Assembly: GCA_053919585.1 (NCBI GenBank)
Contig: CM132792.1
Origin: Euprymna scolopes
Taxonomy: Eukaryota
Strand: one strand, 5' to 3'
Length of the DNA: 64,000 bases
The notes beneath the pieces are model-generated. The model did not search any database. It was not told where the DNA came from and was given only the letters and a program-made list of their open reading frames with translations. Below, piece by piece: positions 1 to 11,354 of this stretch. The position numbers and the translations under genes were made by a program. Each line of letters opens with the position of its first letter. Position 1 is the stretch's first letter.

Positions 1-378
1 AGCTACAGGAATGGCATAGAAGGCAAGCAGTAATGTCATCGAAGTACAATGTTGGCTGTGTCTGACCAATGATTCTAGGCATATAAATTTAGCTGAGCTT
101 GATGTGATGCTCAGAGTGAGAGGAGCAACTGAGCCCTCGAATTGGTCAATCATTTGGTGTGTATGCAACGGTGGATTTCTGACACCCTGTCCAGGAAGGC
201 ATGGGTAAATACAAAGGCTGCTTGTGAGATGCTGGTTAGGCAACACTTATGAACCATGCAATCTAGTAAAAGAGTATGAATTGACCATGGTTGAATTGAC
301 CACCGGTGAATTGACCATGGATGTGATGGATGTAAGAAGATCTTTTCACCAGATTACTGTTAAAGGAAGGAGGATCCA
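1..378 (+). mobile_element. Gypsy-type pol remnant, family B (RNase H part; cut by window start and by a deletion at ~378)
   Basis: Paralogous to 13853-14215 (CWLCLTNDSRHINLAELD). Confidence 0.65.
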
Positions 379-545
379 CGTCACTTTAAAGTTTTATGAC
401 CAGCGATGCAATTGCAATCATCATTTGATGATAAAAGCGGATCAGATTCTGAAACAGTGAGCTATCACTTTGGTTTAAGCCAGCTCCATCAGAAAGTGAG
501 TTAGATATTTGCAGCCTCCTGGGACAGTCGGGACTCCCTGCTCGT

Positions 546-548
<3 letters not shown>

Positions 549-605
<57 letters not shown>
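549..605. repeat. (TA)n microsatellite (paralogues ~15079, 27768, 40423, 54496; with a (GATA)n extension in units 2 and 5)
   Basis: Direct reading. Confidence 0.95.
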
Positions 606-607
<2 letters not shown>

Positions 608-851
608 TATCTACCTCCTTGCCAGAAGACTAGACACAAGATCAGTTGTGTTTTTGAGAAGTGCACTAGGATAAGCGTACTCTGGCCTAGAAAAAGTGAA
701 TGAGTTGCCCCATTGCTTAACAATAGAGTAAGCCTTTCTCAAAGAGATGCAAAGCCTGAGAGATTAAACTTTCTAAGACTAAACAGAGCCAGACCTCAGT
801 AAGACAACAACAAGACTGTTGTAACACTGATTTATATCTTAAATCTATTAT

Positions 852-855
<4 letters not shown>

Positions 856-907
<52 letters not shown>
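856..907. repeat. (CA)n microsatellite (paralogues ~15231, 28111, 54831)
   Basis: Direct reading. Confidence 0.95.
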
Positions 908-909
<2 letters not shown>

Positions 910-1577
910 TATACGTGCATGTTTTCTTACCTTATAATACAATGTTGGGAAGAAGAAAGAATTCCAAATAGATGTGTAATTTCTTATTTTTTCTTGAACC
1001 CAGATTCACCTGGGTTAGTTAAACTGGTTCCTTCAAATGCATTTACTGCATCTTACACAAAAGCTGACCAAGGTTGGCAATCCATTGTTGGCAATAATTT
1101 TTTAACACTTTCAACAGCCTGTCACAGTTCCAATGGCGAATACCATAGATTGACAAACTTGGAATCAGTTCAGTATCTTGTTGAACGTTTCTAAGCCACT
1201 TTTTAAGCTGGCTGCTGCATCATTCATCAAACCTTAAGGAGGAACCGGTTGATGGCTTCTCTAATGGAGGCTTCTCTTGCTGAAAGTGGTGGGTGTGACC
1301 AGCTCAATGAAGGTGATTATGTGGCACTACGTTCAGACTGACATCAGTCAGTCAGGACACACACAGGATGCGACACACACAGCAATGACGTGTGATGCAA
1401 GCATCATCACTGCGTACAAGAATAAGTGTTACCATGGTGACTGCAATAACTACTGTGGAATTTTTCTCCTTAATTTTATTGGAAAAATCTTTGGTTGAAT
1501 CGTCCCCCAACAGCCTGCAGTTGTTTACAGAGCATGTATATGTGAGTAACAATATGAGCTTATAACAAGAAGATCAA

Positions 1578-2400
1578 CTGTCGACATTACTTTTCTTTTG
1601 CGTATGAGAATTCCAGGACAAAATGTTACAAACAGAGGCAATTGCTGTACTTCACCTACACATTCAACAAATCAGAGGATGGAGTGTATCTCCATACCAG
1701 AGACAGTGGTAGAATTTTAAACCTTGGCCACATTTTAACTAAGACTAAAATGCATGACGTAAAATTTATGTGAGATGCTTTTTGCTGATGATGCACCACT
1801 GATGAGACACTCTGCAGAATCATTGCAGTGACTCATCCATTGCTTCGTGCATGCATGTAAAAGACTATCTTTGACCAATATGTATGCATCCTTGACCATA
1901 ACCAAAACACCAATATTGAGGCTGTCCAAAAATGTACATACATCGGCTCCAATGTATCCAGGAATATCTCTCTTGATGAAGAAATCACCGAATATATCAG
2001 CAAATTAGCAACAAATATGGCTAGCTTGATTAAGAGTGTCTCAAACAACAATATGCAAATCAACAATACTTAGCAAACAGCTCTAGCAGGACAACATCTC
2101 AAAGAAAATCATCTTTGATCAGGCAAATAACCCATGCATGTTTGCTCTGCTTACCTAAAAACGACTTGGGTAGCTTTGCTGTGCCAGGCAAAAAGATACT
2201 GAGAAGAGCCGAAAGGATCTTCTTTATAGTGAGATCATATTAGATCAGTAGGAAATCATGTCATACGCTACAAGGATGTTTGTAAGCAAGACACAAGGGT
2301 AGTTGGCATCGACCCAGCAGGCTGGGAGTTTGCAGCTGCTGAAGAAGAGCTGTAAAGACACGTTCCAAGAGGAGTGAAAAGAGGAGAGACCAGCAGAGGA
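1578..2400 (+). mobile_element. RTE-clade LINE reverse-transcriptase remnant, internally deleted (unit 1)
   Basis: SEDGVYLHTRDSG and EMLFADDA (gagatgctttttgctgatgatgca ~1772); lacks the FIDLTKAFD-QG segment. Confidence 0.78.
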
Positions 2401-4099
2401 GAGAGAACACATATTGCACAGGTTGCAACTCTTACATCTGTGGCGTCTGTAACTCAGCCTGTCAATCCAAGATAGGCTTGCATGTTTCAGAAGATGCTGC
2501 AATTTACCAACAGACGAATCTGAGGTGCAGAACACCATTGTCTTCTGAAACAGATGGATGCAAACAAAAATGCTCGATGATGTTCTGTCATATCCGTCCA
2601 TCAAGACAAGGTTGGGAATATGGACATGACCTTATCAATTGTGAAAAAAGTGGATGTTACAAATTCAGTTCGATTTAGAGATGAGTCTAAAAAAATGTGA
2701 TTAAAACAAGAAATAACGATGCAGAAGAGCAACAGATTCAACTCATTTATTTACATATTAGATTATATTCCTCACATGTTGAACTTATTAATTCAACTCA
2801 TTAAAGATGTGGAGGGTGTTGAAGTCTTTGCTGACAATTCATATATCTCCCATTTCCAAAACTATGTAATGTGTAATGCTGCTTTGTGGTAGATATTAAT
2901 ATTATGTGGATAGTGCAGCATCAGTAGGATTGAGAAATAGAAAATCTACAAAGCAAAAATCAAAATCTGCAAAAAACAAACAACAAAAAAACGATAATTA
3001 GTTAAACAATGGAATATTTGTCTCTTTGCAATTTTTCGTAGAACAGTTTTTGAAGTTTCAACCTTGGTCCTATCATCGCAATTGTTATGACGTGGGACCA
3101 GATCAACGTTGAGTGTCATCACTGCTACTACAGTGAACATTTAAAACGGCAGTTGTTGCCAGTGTTACGATATAAATGAAATTAGGTTTTTCTAATCCCT
3201 CAACGTAAACAAAATATTAAAAAAGGTATTGAAATCAGCATTAAAATGAAGTCGAATATAAAAATTAACAATATTGGTTTTTATTTAATATAGCAAGGAA
3301 TAATGAATCCTGCTTTTATTGTTGACGTATTTTAATGTGTGTGCCGACGCAACACACAAGCAAGAAAATAATAAATGGATTAAAAGTCCAATGTTGGTGA
3401 AAATGTGGAAATGTTCTTAAAAGGAAGAGTCCTGACAATAAAGTAATGTTTGTAACTGGTCTACATAGTCGCTGGGACTATATATGTATTTTTAAAACAG
3501 CCTGATAAGGTTTAGATTAAAATATGCAGTAAAGAGCAAGAGAGAGAAATCTTTCTCTGACTGAGGCAGAATGTCATTTTTGCAGAATACATGTCTCTTT
3601 CTTTTTTTTTAGGTAAAGGAAAATAAAGTTTGTTATTTTAATCAATTCCATGAATATATCTGATGCAATGCAGAGTTATATATTTTCTTTTGGCAATTAA
3701 TCCAGGTAGACTTACGGGTTCCAGATGTAAGATGCACAAAATCATAATAATGGTTTTAACGTCGGGAGACAGAGCAAGGGTTGTGTGCTTGTTAACACTT
3801 CAACGGAAATCTGACTCGACTGGCTGGGTTTCATGCGCAGTTCCTTTTTCATAGGTGCAGACTGGCTCCAGCGAAAAATGTTAGAAAAATCTTTTTGAAA
3901 TTTGCTTTCTTTGAATGCGGATTCGATGAAAAGTCAACGCCTCTGTCACATAGGGATGTTTTCAACTATGTCGGTGTGAAAAGACAGAATGTTTGTTTTT
4001 ATGCCCACAGAATTGTGTGGGTGTAGAAAACAGATGACCACACAACAAGAACGCTCCTTGTTCAGCCACGTTTAATGTTTGTGGTGAGTCGCTACAGTA

Positions 4100-5200
4100 C
4101 CCCCCTATTAGACAGAATGTCGATAGGAAAGCAAAACCTGTTACGTAGTATAGTTAGTGAATCGGTGAGGACACTTGATATGTCTGCCTGACCTGGTAGA
4201 CTGTGTTGGTGTAGGTGACACGCCGTTGCTGAAATAAACTGTATGCGTAGGCTACGTTGGTTTCTGACTTGTGGTATCGTCGTGGGCTTTGTGTAACGTG
4301 TCTGAAGACTACCGTGCACTCCATCATTCCGGATTAATACATGAGTCCATGTGTTAATATTCTGGGGAACATGAGTAGTGATATTTTTGTGATCTGGCTT
4401 TAATATTCAGAAGTTTCGACATTTATTCCTTCACGCAGGAGGTGTAGCTCATTGGGTATGGCATGTGCTGCGGTGTAGCTGGTGTGTCCATCTCTCTGGG
4501 TAAGGTCAGTGAGGTTCCGTAAACCATTTCGTCGGAAGACAAGCTGATGTCCATTTTAACAATGGATTGAATACCGAGAAGCACAAAAGGCAGGCATTCT
4601 ATCCATCTGATGGGGTCAGAGTATGTTTTAAGAGATGCCTTTAACTGTCGAGGCAACGCGCTCAATCATGCCGTTTGCTGTTGGGTGATAAGACATAGTG
4701 CATATTTGTCTGCATCCAAGCAGGCGGGACAGCTCGAAAAAAAGATGTGAGTCAAATTGTCAGTTGTAATAGTATTAGGTATGCCATAACGGGATATCCA
4801 ATGTATAATGAGTGCTTTGGCGACAGTTTAAGCAGAAATATCTCTAATCGGGAATGGCTTCAGGCCATCTTGAATGCCTGGTGGGAGTGGACCCATTATG
4901 TCTATGTGGATATGCTGAAAACGATCCTTGGGGGTTAAAAACGTGTCAGGAGGACTCTAGATGTGCCGTTGAATCTTGGACTTCTGGCAAGGAAGACAAC
5001 CCCGTGTCCATTCTCATATATCTCTATTGATGGCAGTCCATACAAAATGTGACATCACCAATTTCTGAGTCAAATGGATGCCAGGAAAAACGTTGCAGGA
5101 GGACTCTTGATGTGCCATTGAATCTTGGATTTTCGTATATCTCTATTGAGTGCAGTCCATACAAAACGTAACATCACCAATTACTTCATTGGAGAAACGT
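4100..5200 (-). mobile_element. Decayed Gypsy/Ty3 LTR retrotransposon integrase region, family A (unit 1); boundaries approximate
   Basis: Minus-strand fragment RQLKASLKTYSDPIRWIECLPFVLLGIQSIVKMDISLSSDEMVYGTSLTLP and C-terminal TRSGRHIK. A purine tract followed by TGTAGCG (~4110-4090) resembles a PPT/3'LTR start. Confidence 0.8.
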
Positions 5201-5910
5201 AAAGAAAATTGCTTGAACGTTAGGTTTAGCGATCCTGTTGCAGTTTCAAATCACCACCTCCATTTTTTATTCTTCCCCCCCCTTTTTCATCATCGATTTT
5301 GCTACACATGTCGGAATTCAAATATATCAAACAAAACGCCAATAATTCAGGCAATTGACTTTTTACTTTTTAGACGACTGATGCTACCAGTCATGTTGAC
5401 CGAATCTACCAGCCAAAGGATTTCCAGCAGTGGCAGCCGTCTTAGCAGCAGGTCAAACATCTCTTATGAGGTCTAAACAACCAGCCCTTATCAAGGCTAA
5501 TAAGTTTTTCACTAATGCGATTCACTACTGCTTGCCTTCTGAGACCCACCAGCAGCAAACTTCACTTTCACCTCTGGCTTGCAACCTCGCTCCTCCGATC
5601 TGCAACCTCGCATGCACCTGGTTCCCTACTGACCATCCGTTCCTTAACAGTGACCTCTACGTTCTCAGTGTTGTCCATTCCTTATTACTGACCCCACATC
5701 CTCAGTGTCGTCCATTCCTTAACACTGACCCCACATTCTCAGTGTCCGCTGACCGTTCCAGATCGCCCTGACGGCCAGCCGATTGTCCAGACCTAGCGAG
5801 AAACCCTAAACCACGCTACGTCTAGAGTACCTGTTCCAGCCCTCCAGACTAAGCCTCCGGTAACATGCGACCTTCCGGACAACTAGCATCCAGATCATAC
5901 AATTTTTCGC

Positions 5911-6110
5911 TTTTTTTTTTTTTTTACATAGGCATTACCACTTATATAAACCAAGAGGCCACTCGAGGATAACGGTTAAAAGTGTACAGTAGAAATTGGA
6001 CAATATAGTAATGGTTAGTAAATGGAAATTCGGTAAATTTGTTAACAAGTGAAACGGCTAATCAAGAACTTGTTTATGTTAGACTTGAAGACAATCATAT
6101 TGTAGTCAGC
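5911..6110 (-). mobile_element. ~200-bp 3' fragment of the same CR1-like LINE family, minus strand
   Basis: Poly-T followed by a diverged reverse complement of ~22190-22388; degenerate target duplication ttt(c)ttcgc on both sides. Confidence 0.8.
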
Positions 6111-6294
6111 TTTCTTCGCAAATAAAAGGCGAACCTTCACCTTTAACCAAACAACCTGTGTTGGTCATTCTTCTTTCCTTTTTGCTGTTTACTTTTACCC
6201 GTGTCTACCTTGTTAGTTGTAGGGTCGATTGTCCCAGGATAACCGGCCCCGCAACAATCCAATTCTTTGCATCCTATTAATTTCGCTCGAACTC

Positions 6295-6424
6295 NNNNNN
6301 NNNNNNNNNNNNNNNNNNNNNNNNNNNNNNNNNNNNNNNNNNNNNNNNNNNNNNNNNNNNNNNNNNNNNNNNNNNNNNNNNNNNNNNNNNNNNNNNNNNN
6401 NNNNNNNNNNNNNNNNNNNNNNNN
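6295..6424. other. 130-N gap at the position of a (TA)n tract in other units
   Basis: Flanks match those of ~19915-20031. Confidence 0.9.
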
Positions 6425-8044
6425 TCCAATAATTAACTTTTAGCTTAATTGAGTTTATCTCTATTTTTATCACAAGTATTTTTATATCTTTCAATGAATC
6501 AGTTTTAGTTGAATCGAGTTTATAGATTTGAAAATTGTAAAATTCTTTATTTTTACTTAAATTTTACTTGAATTGTGAATCATTAATTAATTAAAATTTA
6601 ACTCGTTTAATATCTTTTAATATATATAATTTAGCCTTTTCATCGAATTAGTAACTAAAATAATATTTTGAATTATATTATGAATTACTTCCCTTTAACC
6701 GTTTCTTTAAGTTATTTTAAATAAACTCTACACTTTTTATTTATTTTTATTTTTTTTAAATGGCGAAGTCGGTATTTCATGTTTTCAGCGTTAAGTGCTG
6801 ACATAAAATAAAAAGAATAATTTTTTGTCACTTGAAGATGATGTATATATCGGCAGAAGTATGGGTTGAAATCAAATATTAATAATAAATAATATTACAT
6901 TATATATTATATTCACACATAATCGGGCCAGAAAGCTTCAACTTGCATAAGGCCTGGAGGTGGAATCAGCTGAGTTTGAGTGAGGTTTAATCAACAAATT
7001 TATCGAATATGTAATAAATGTTTTAATCGTTTAACCTTAGCTTAAAATCCCAAGAAAAGTTGAGAAACTCGGCACCCGACATAAACATGTATTCTAGCTA
7101 GTATCGATTGATCAATCGATGCCTCCGTTCAGTCTCAAGAGACAATGGACACCCCTATAAGGTAGCTGCGCATGGAATTGGGAGGCAAGGGTTACGCAAT
7201 CTCAAGAGTGACGGGAACAATGGCGAGATAAGCGAAGAACACACACAGCATCTGGAAATGCTAAATGGTCGATCACAATTATGAAACGGATTTGAATCAA
7301 AATTGATATAAGGATTCTAGACGTAAATGTTCAGTTGCATTATATAATCATTTTTTATCTTCGTAAGGGACCATACATAACTTGACTTCACGGAATAAAA
7401 ACAGAGCCGATCCAAGACAGCAGAGCGAGTAAATACACGGGCTCAATATCACTCCAGATAGATTTTTATAAACAAAATTGGATTATCTTAAAACTTTACT
7501 TCAATTTCAAAGTCGAATATCATGGATGAAAAAAGTCACGTTTAAAACATTTTCAATCCACGTAACGTAAAAACCACTCCACGAGCTGACGCCGTGCTAA
7601 ATAAATTGAATAATAATTAAAAAAAAAAAAAAAGCGTTATAATTCAATTCTGGTTTGTTTGAGCTTACATTCAAATGTATACAGACGTGTGGAATGAAAT
7701 ACAAACCTGACGTTCGGATCAACTGTGAAACTGCAGCAAAGCTAAGAAGCATTTAATCTTTAAAAGTATTTTAGCAAATTATTAATTTAAAGCCCAACAT
7801 CTATTCTGTTTTTGTTCTCGGCCAAAGAAGGAAATATTCTTCTAGATTAAGAAATGTAGTCCCTTTTTCTAAGCTGAATTTTTCCCTACAATAAAACACA
7901 TTCCATGTTTAACTGCTTTGATCGCAAGGCAAGTATATACTACTATGCAAGCATTCGATTTTTTCGACGGGTTTTGTTTAATATGTATTGATTGTAAATT
8001 TTGGAAATAAGTTATATTTTTTGATTAATCATGCGTTTTTTAAA

Positions 8045-8088
8045 GCTTTCTTCCCCATTTTTTTTTTAATTTCTTTGTCTCTCTTTAT

Positions 8089-8124
<36 letters not shown>

Positions 8125-8278
8125 ATATTCCTATCTCTAGCTTCTCCTCTCTCCTCCCTCTCTTGCTTTCTGTTCCTTTTCCCTCTTTCTCTTTTTTCGA
8201 CTCGCGCTATTCGTTTTAACTATATTATCTCTAATTCCTTTATCCTCCTCTTCCTCACCACTCTCCTCCTACTCCTCT

Positions 8279-8311
<33 letters not shown>

Positions 8312-8450
8312 TCTCCTTTTTTTCTTTCTCCTCCTCCTCATTCTCATATCATAAAAACCTGTTTCCTCTTCTCAATTTTCTCCTTTCTCCCCCTCCTCCT
8401 ACTTTCTCTCTTCACTTCTCTCTCACTCTCTTGACCACTCTCTTTGTTAA
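8045..8450 (+). repeat. ~400-bp CT-rich polypyrimidine low-complexity tract upstream of the gene (also ~21650-21785 plus 22390-22595, 35630-36000, 48810-49126, 61165-61300 plus 61910-62115)
   Basis: Almost only C/T with (CT)n runs, present before every copy; the LINE in units 2 and 5 is inserted within it. Confidence 0.85.
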
Positions 8451-8683
8451 TCATTTACGGCATTCGCTTCCTCCCACTACTTCTCTTATCATTAGCTGTT
8501 TTTATTCGAGACGCCAAGTCATTTTCTGTTTGAGACGCTACTCAAAAGATACACGCAACCATAACAAGTAAACAAGATCCACAGTGATTAACTTTTATTT
8601 TAATTAATAAGTGAGAAACGACCTTTTTGGGGGCTATTCTTTCGCAAAAAAGTTAAACAAAAAAAAAAAAAAATTCTTTCAAA

Positions 8684-9922
8684 ATGGACGCTCCAAAGAT
8701 CCAGAAAAATAAGGATCAGGTTAGAAAAAAGAAAGATGTTAAAATGAACGCTTCACGCGTCCAGAAAAAAAATGGTCGTGTTAAAAAGCCCCTGGATGCT
8801 TATTTCGTCTGGTGCAAACAGTTCAGAAAACAAATACGTGAACAAAATCCGACCATCACCATTATTGAAGCCAATGCCCTTCTCGGGAAAATATGGAGTG
8901 AAATGTCAGCGGAACAGAAAAAACCTTACTTCAAAGAGGCAGAACTTATCAAGAAACAACACCAATTAGATTATCCCGATTTCGAGTTTAAGTCGAAACC
9001 ACGTGTTAAAAACCCCAACAGGTTCCATGCCTACCCCTATCAACAACATGTGGTGTATTACATACAAACGCTGCCAAGCAAAGATAGAATGCCTCAGGAA
9101 TATTTTCATGAATCCACTTTCTTTGAGGTAACAAACAAAGCGGTAACTCAAGAAAATTCTCCTCACGTGGTCGGTACAGATGAAAGCATCAGATCCACGT
9201 TTTCTGAAATGCCATCCGAGACACGCGAGAATCTTTCCAACAAGAACAGCGTATGTGTTCCGCTACCTGAGACCGAACTCGACAAGGAGTCACGGGCATT
9301 CAGTAATGAACACCTATACAAAAGGCAGTCGAAATACAATCCCGTAATCATGACGGCTGGCCAAGACAACGATAGAGAGGTGATGGAATTTTCGTCTACT
9401 CACTCCAAATCCGAGAGCATTTCTGTAACGCTTCCTCACGCACCTGAGCAAAACGGGGTTTATTTTCATCCTGAATGTTACGGTCATGAATGCAATAATA
9501 GTAAGTCACAAAATTTTACAGCTTTAACTTACTCGCAAGCTAAAAATAAAATAATGGAAAAGTTTCAATTCTTAGACGAGAATTCGCCTATAAATACACC
9601 AATATGCAACGCAAATATTTTTCTTGGTGTTGAGAACGATAAAAATACGACGTTTTCTGAAGAAACTCTTGAAGAAGCCCAACATCTTACTTTTGTTGAA
9701 GATTATATTATCAATGCAACACCAAATAACGAGGAACATATCAACCAATGCACCGAAATGTTCCCAAACTCTAAATCTGATATTTTGAACGATGACGATT
9801 TCGAATCCCTGAATTGCCTGGAAGATTTGGTCTCGACTTTCTGCTTAGGTGAAGATTTCCCATCTACAATGCTTTGGAACGAAGAAGGTATTAATTTGGA
9901 AGACTTTGCAGAACTGTTGTGA
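8684..9922 (+). CDS. Intronless Sox/SRY-like HMG-box transcription factor, copy 1 (412 aa; N38D in HMG box)
   Basis: 1239-nt uninterrupted ORF in caaaATG context. Residues ~31-107 (RVKKPLDAYFVW...NP...LGKIW...EQKKPYFKEAE...H...YPDFEFK) align without gaps to the SRY/Sox HMG box. Acidic C-terminus. Confidence 0.9.
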   Translation: MDAPKIQKNKDQVRKKKDVKMNASRVQKKNGRVKKPLDAYFVWCKQFRKQIREQNPTITIIEANALLGKIWSEMSAEQKKPYFKEAELIKKQHQLDYPDFEFKSKPRVKNPNRFHAYPYQQHVVYYIQTLPSKDRMPQEYFHESTFFEVTNKAVTQENSPHVVGTDESIRSTFSEMPSETRENLSNKNSVCVPLPETELDKESRAFSNEHLYKRQSKYNPVIMTAGQDNDREVMEFSSTHSKSESISVTLPHAPEQNGVYFHPECYGHECNNSKSQNFTALTYSQAKNKIMEKFQFLDENSPINTPICNANIFLGVENDKNTTFSEETLEEAQHLTFVEDYIINATPNNEEHINQCTEMFPNSKSDILNDDDFESLNCLEDLVSTFCLGEDFPSTMLWNEEGINLEDFAELL

Positions 9923-10235
9923 TTTTGTATATCGATTGATAATTCAATCGATTAATTTGATCACATGATGATGATCGATGATATCTTTGATATCATGTGT
10001 ATATATTTTCTATTGTTCAATTTGTTTAATGTTATTTATTGATTTTAATTTTTTTCATTAGTGATTTTAAAAAAGTATGACTGTCAGGAATCTCGGATAA
10101 CGAAAGATAAACAGCTTAGCAAGCATACATCATATGCAAAAATTTTACCAACGATCAAACATAATTTTTAGAGTATTGATTTATTTAACGAGTAGTTTTA
10201 ACAAGTTTTTTGTTACAATAATAATAAACATAATC

Positions 10236-10259
10236 GTGTGTGTGTGTGTGTGTGTGTGT
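10236..10259. repeat. (GT)n microsatellite ~310 bp after the stop codon (paralogues ~24374, 37745, 50715)
   Basis: Direct reading; immediately follows an AATAAA hexamer at ~10222. Confidence 0.9.
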
Positions 10260-11354
10260 TAATTTAAAACGAAACGAAACCACCGACTATACATTAAACG
10301 TACAGAAACAGTAGATACATACGAAAGAAACACTTTATAAATTAGTTTCTCGTTATTTTGTTTATTAATTATTGAATTTCTTTTTTTAATAATTCTGTAA
10401 AATAAATTTTATTGAAATAAAATGTTTCATGTAACGTTAAATTTGTTTGTTTATTTATTGCAAAATGTAAGTTTCATCCGACAAGGCCGGATTAAGCTTA
10501 CAGAGAGACATTTTTTTTGTTTTCTGTCCTCGATGTTTTCACATGCGACAAATGTAAAATTTCCTGTGATTTTGAACTTTCTTGATTGAAGCAATTTCGT
10601 TCCGGTTCATTTAACTTTCCCATTTTTTCGTTTCAACAATGTTAAATTATTTTTATTCTTGATTATTAACTCTTTCGGAACACTTATCTATGGGCAGTTT
10701 TTATCCAACTTCAATTTTATTTATATACACTTTTTCTTATCACTTGAAATTTGGTGCATGTTGCCAGTGTGAGTGAGAAATGTTCAAACATTGCGCTCTA
10801 CAATATAAGCACAAATTTTATAACCTAATTCTAAACCTACCCTGTACCTAACTCTAAATTGCAGTCGCTTCGACTTAGGGTTAGTGGTAAAAGATTTGTT
10901 AACTACCCGAAAATGCAAGAATGGCATTTACATTGAATTCAGACTAAAATGACTCCAGTCAAGAAAGGTCAAAACGGTCAGATTCATTATGTAGCCTGAA
11001 TCAAAATAAGAGGTCATTTAAGGAGACTGTGATATTTTGGTCACAGCTCGTTAAATAAGTCGCTATGATAAATAGAGATAAAACATACCTTTGTAAACAG
11101 TACAATCCCCACGGTGAACCCTAAGTACTGGGTGGGAAAGAGCAACTTCTTATTTAAATAATTTAAGTCATTTAAATAAGCAAGTTGCTCTGCCCCACCC
11201 TGTATAATGTTAACCAAGGTAAACATCAAAACAACCAATGTAATTCATTGTTGGATCAAAATTTGTTATATATATATATAACGTAATAATCAGTAATAAA
11301 TATATAATTTCTCATATTTAATATTGATAATTATGTTTAGATAGGAAAAGGCTG

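Noticed and set aside
509-920. ORFs with YIYI, CVCV or HTHT runs (also 14918, 15169, 19832, 27961, 40340, 54692, 59339)
   Set aside because: Translations of (TA)n/(CA)n microsatellites, not genes.
2245-2604. 119-aa minus-strand ORF recurring in all five units (and other recurring 60-120 aa ORFs)
   Set aside because: Recurrence is explained by recent duplication; it overlaps the RTE remnant antisense and has no recognisable domain.
5625-5760. ~37-bp imperfect repeats (actgacc...ccattcctta) as a CRISPR-like array
   Set aside because: Only 2-3 contiguous degenerate units without unique spacers, in eukaryotic TE-derived DNA; an ordinary minisatellite.
8966-9369. Antisense and alternate-frame ORFs overlapping the HMG gene
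   Set aside because: Short shadow ORFs of the real CDS with no independent support.
10820-10890. Telomere-like cctaa/ttagggttag words
   Set aside because: Too short and degenerate to call an interstitial telomere or a specific element.
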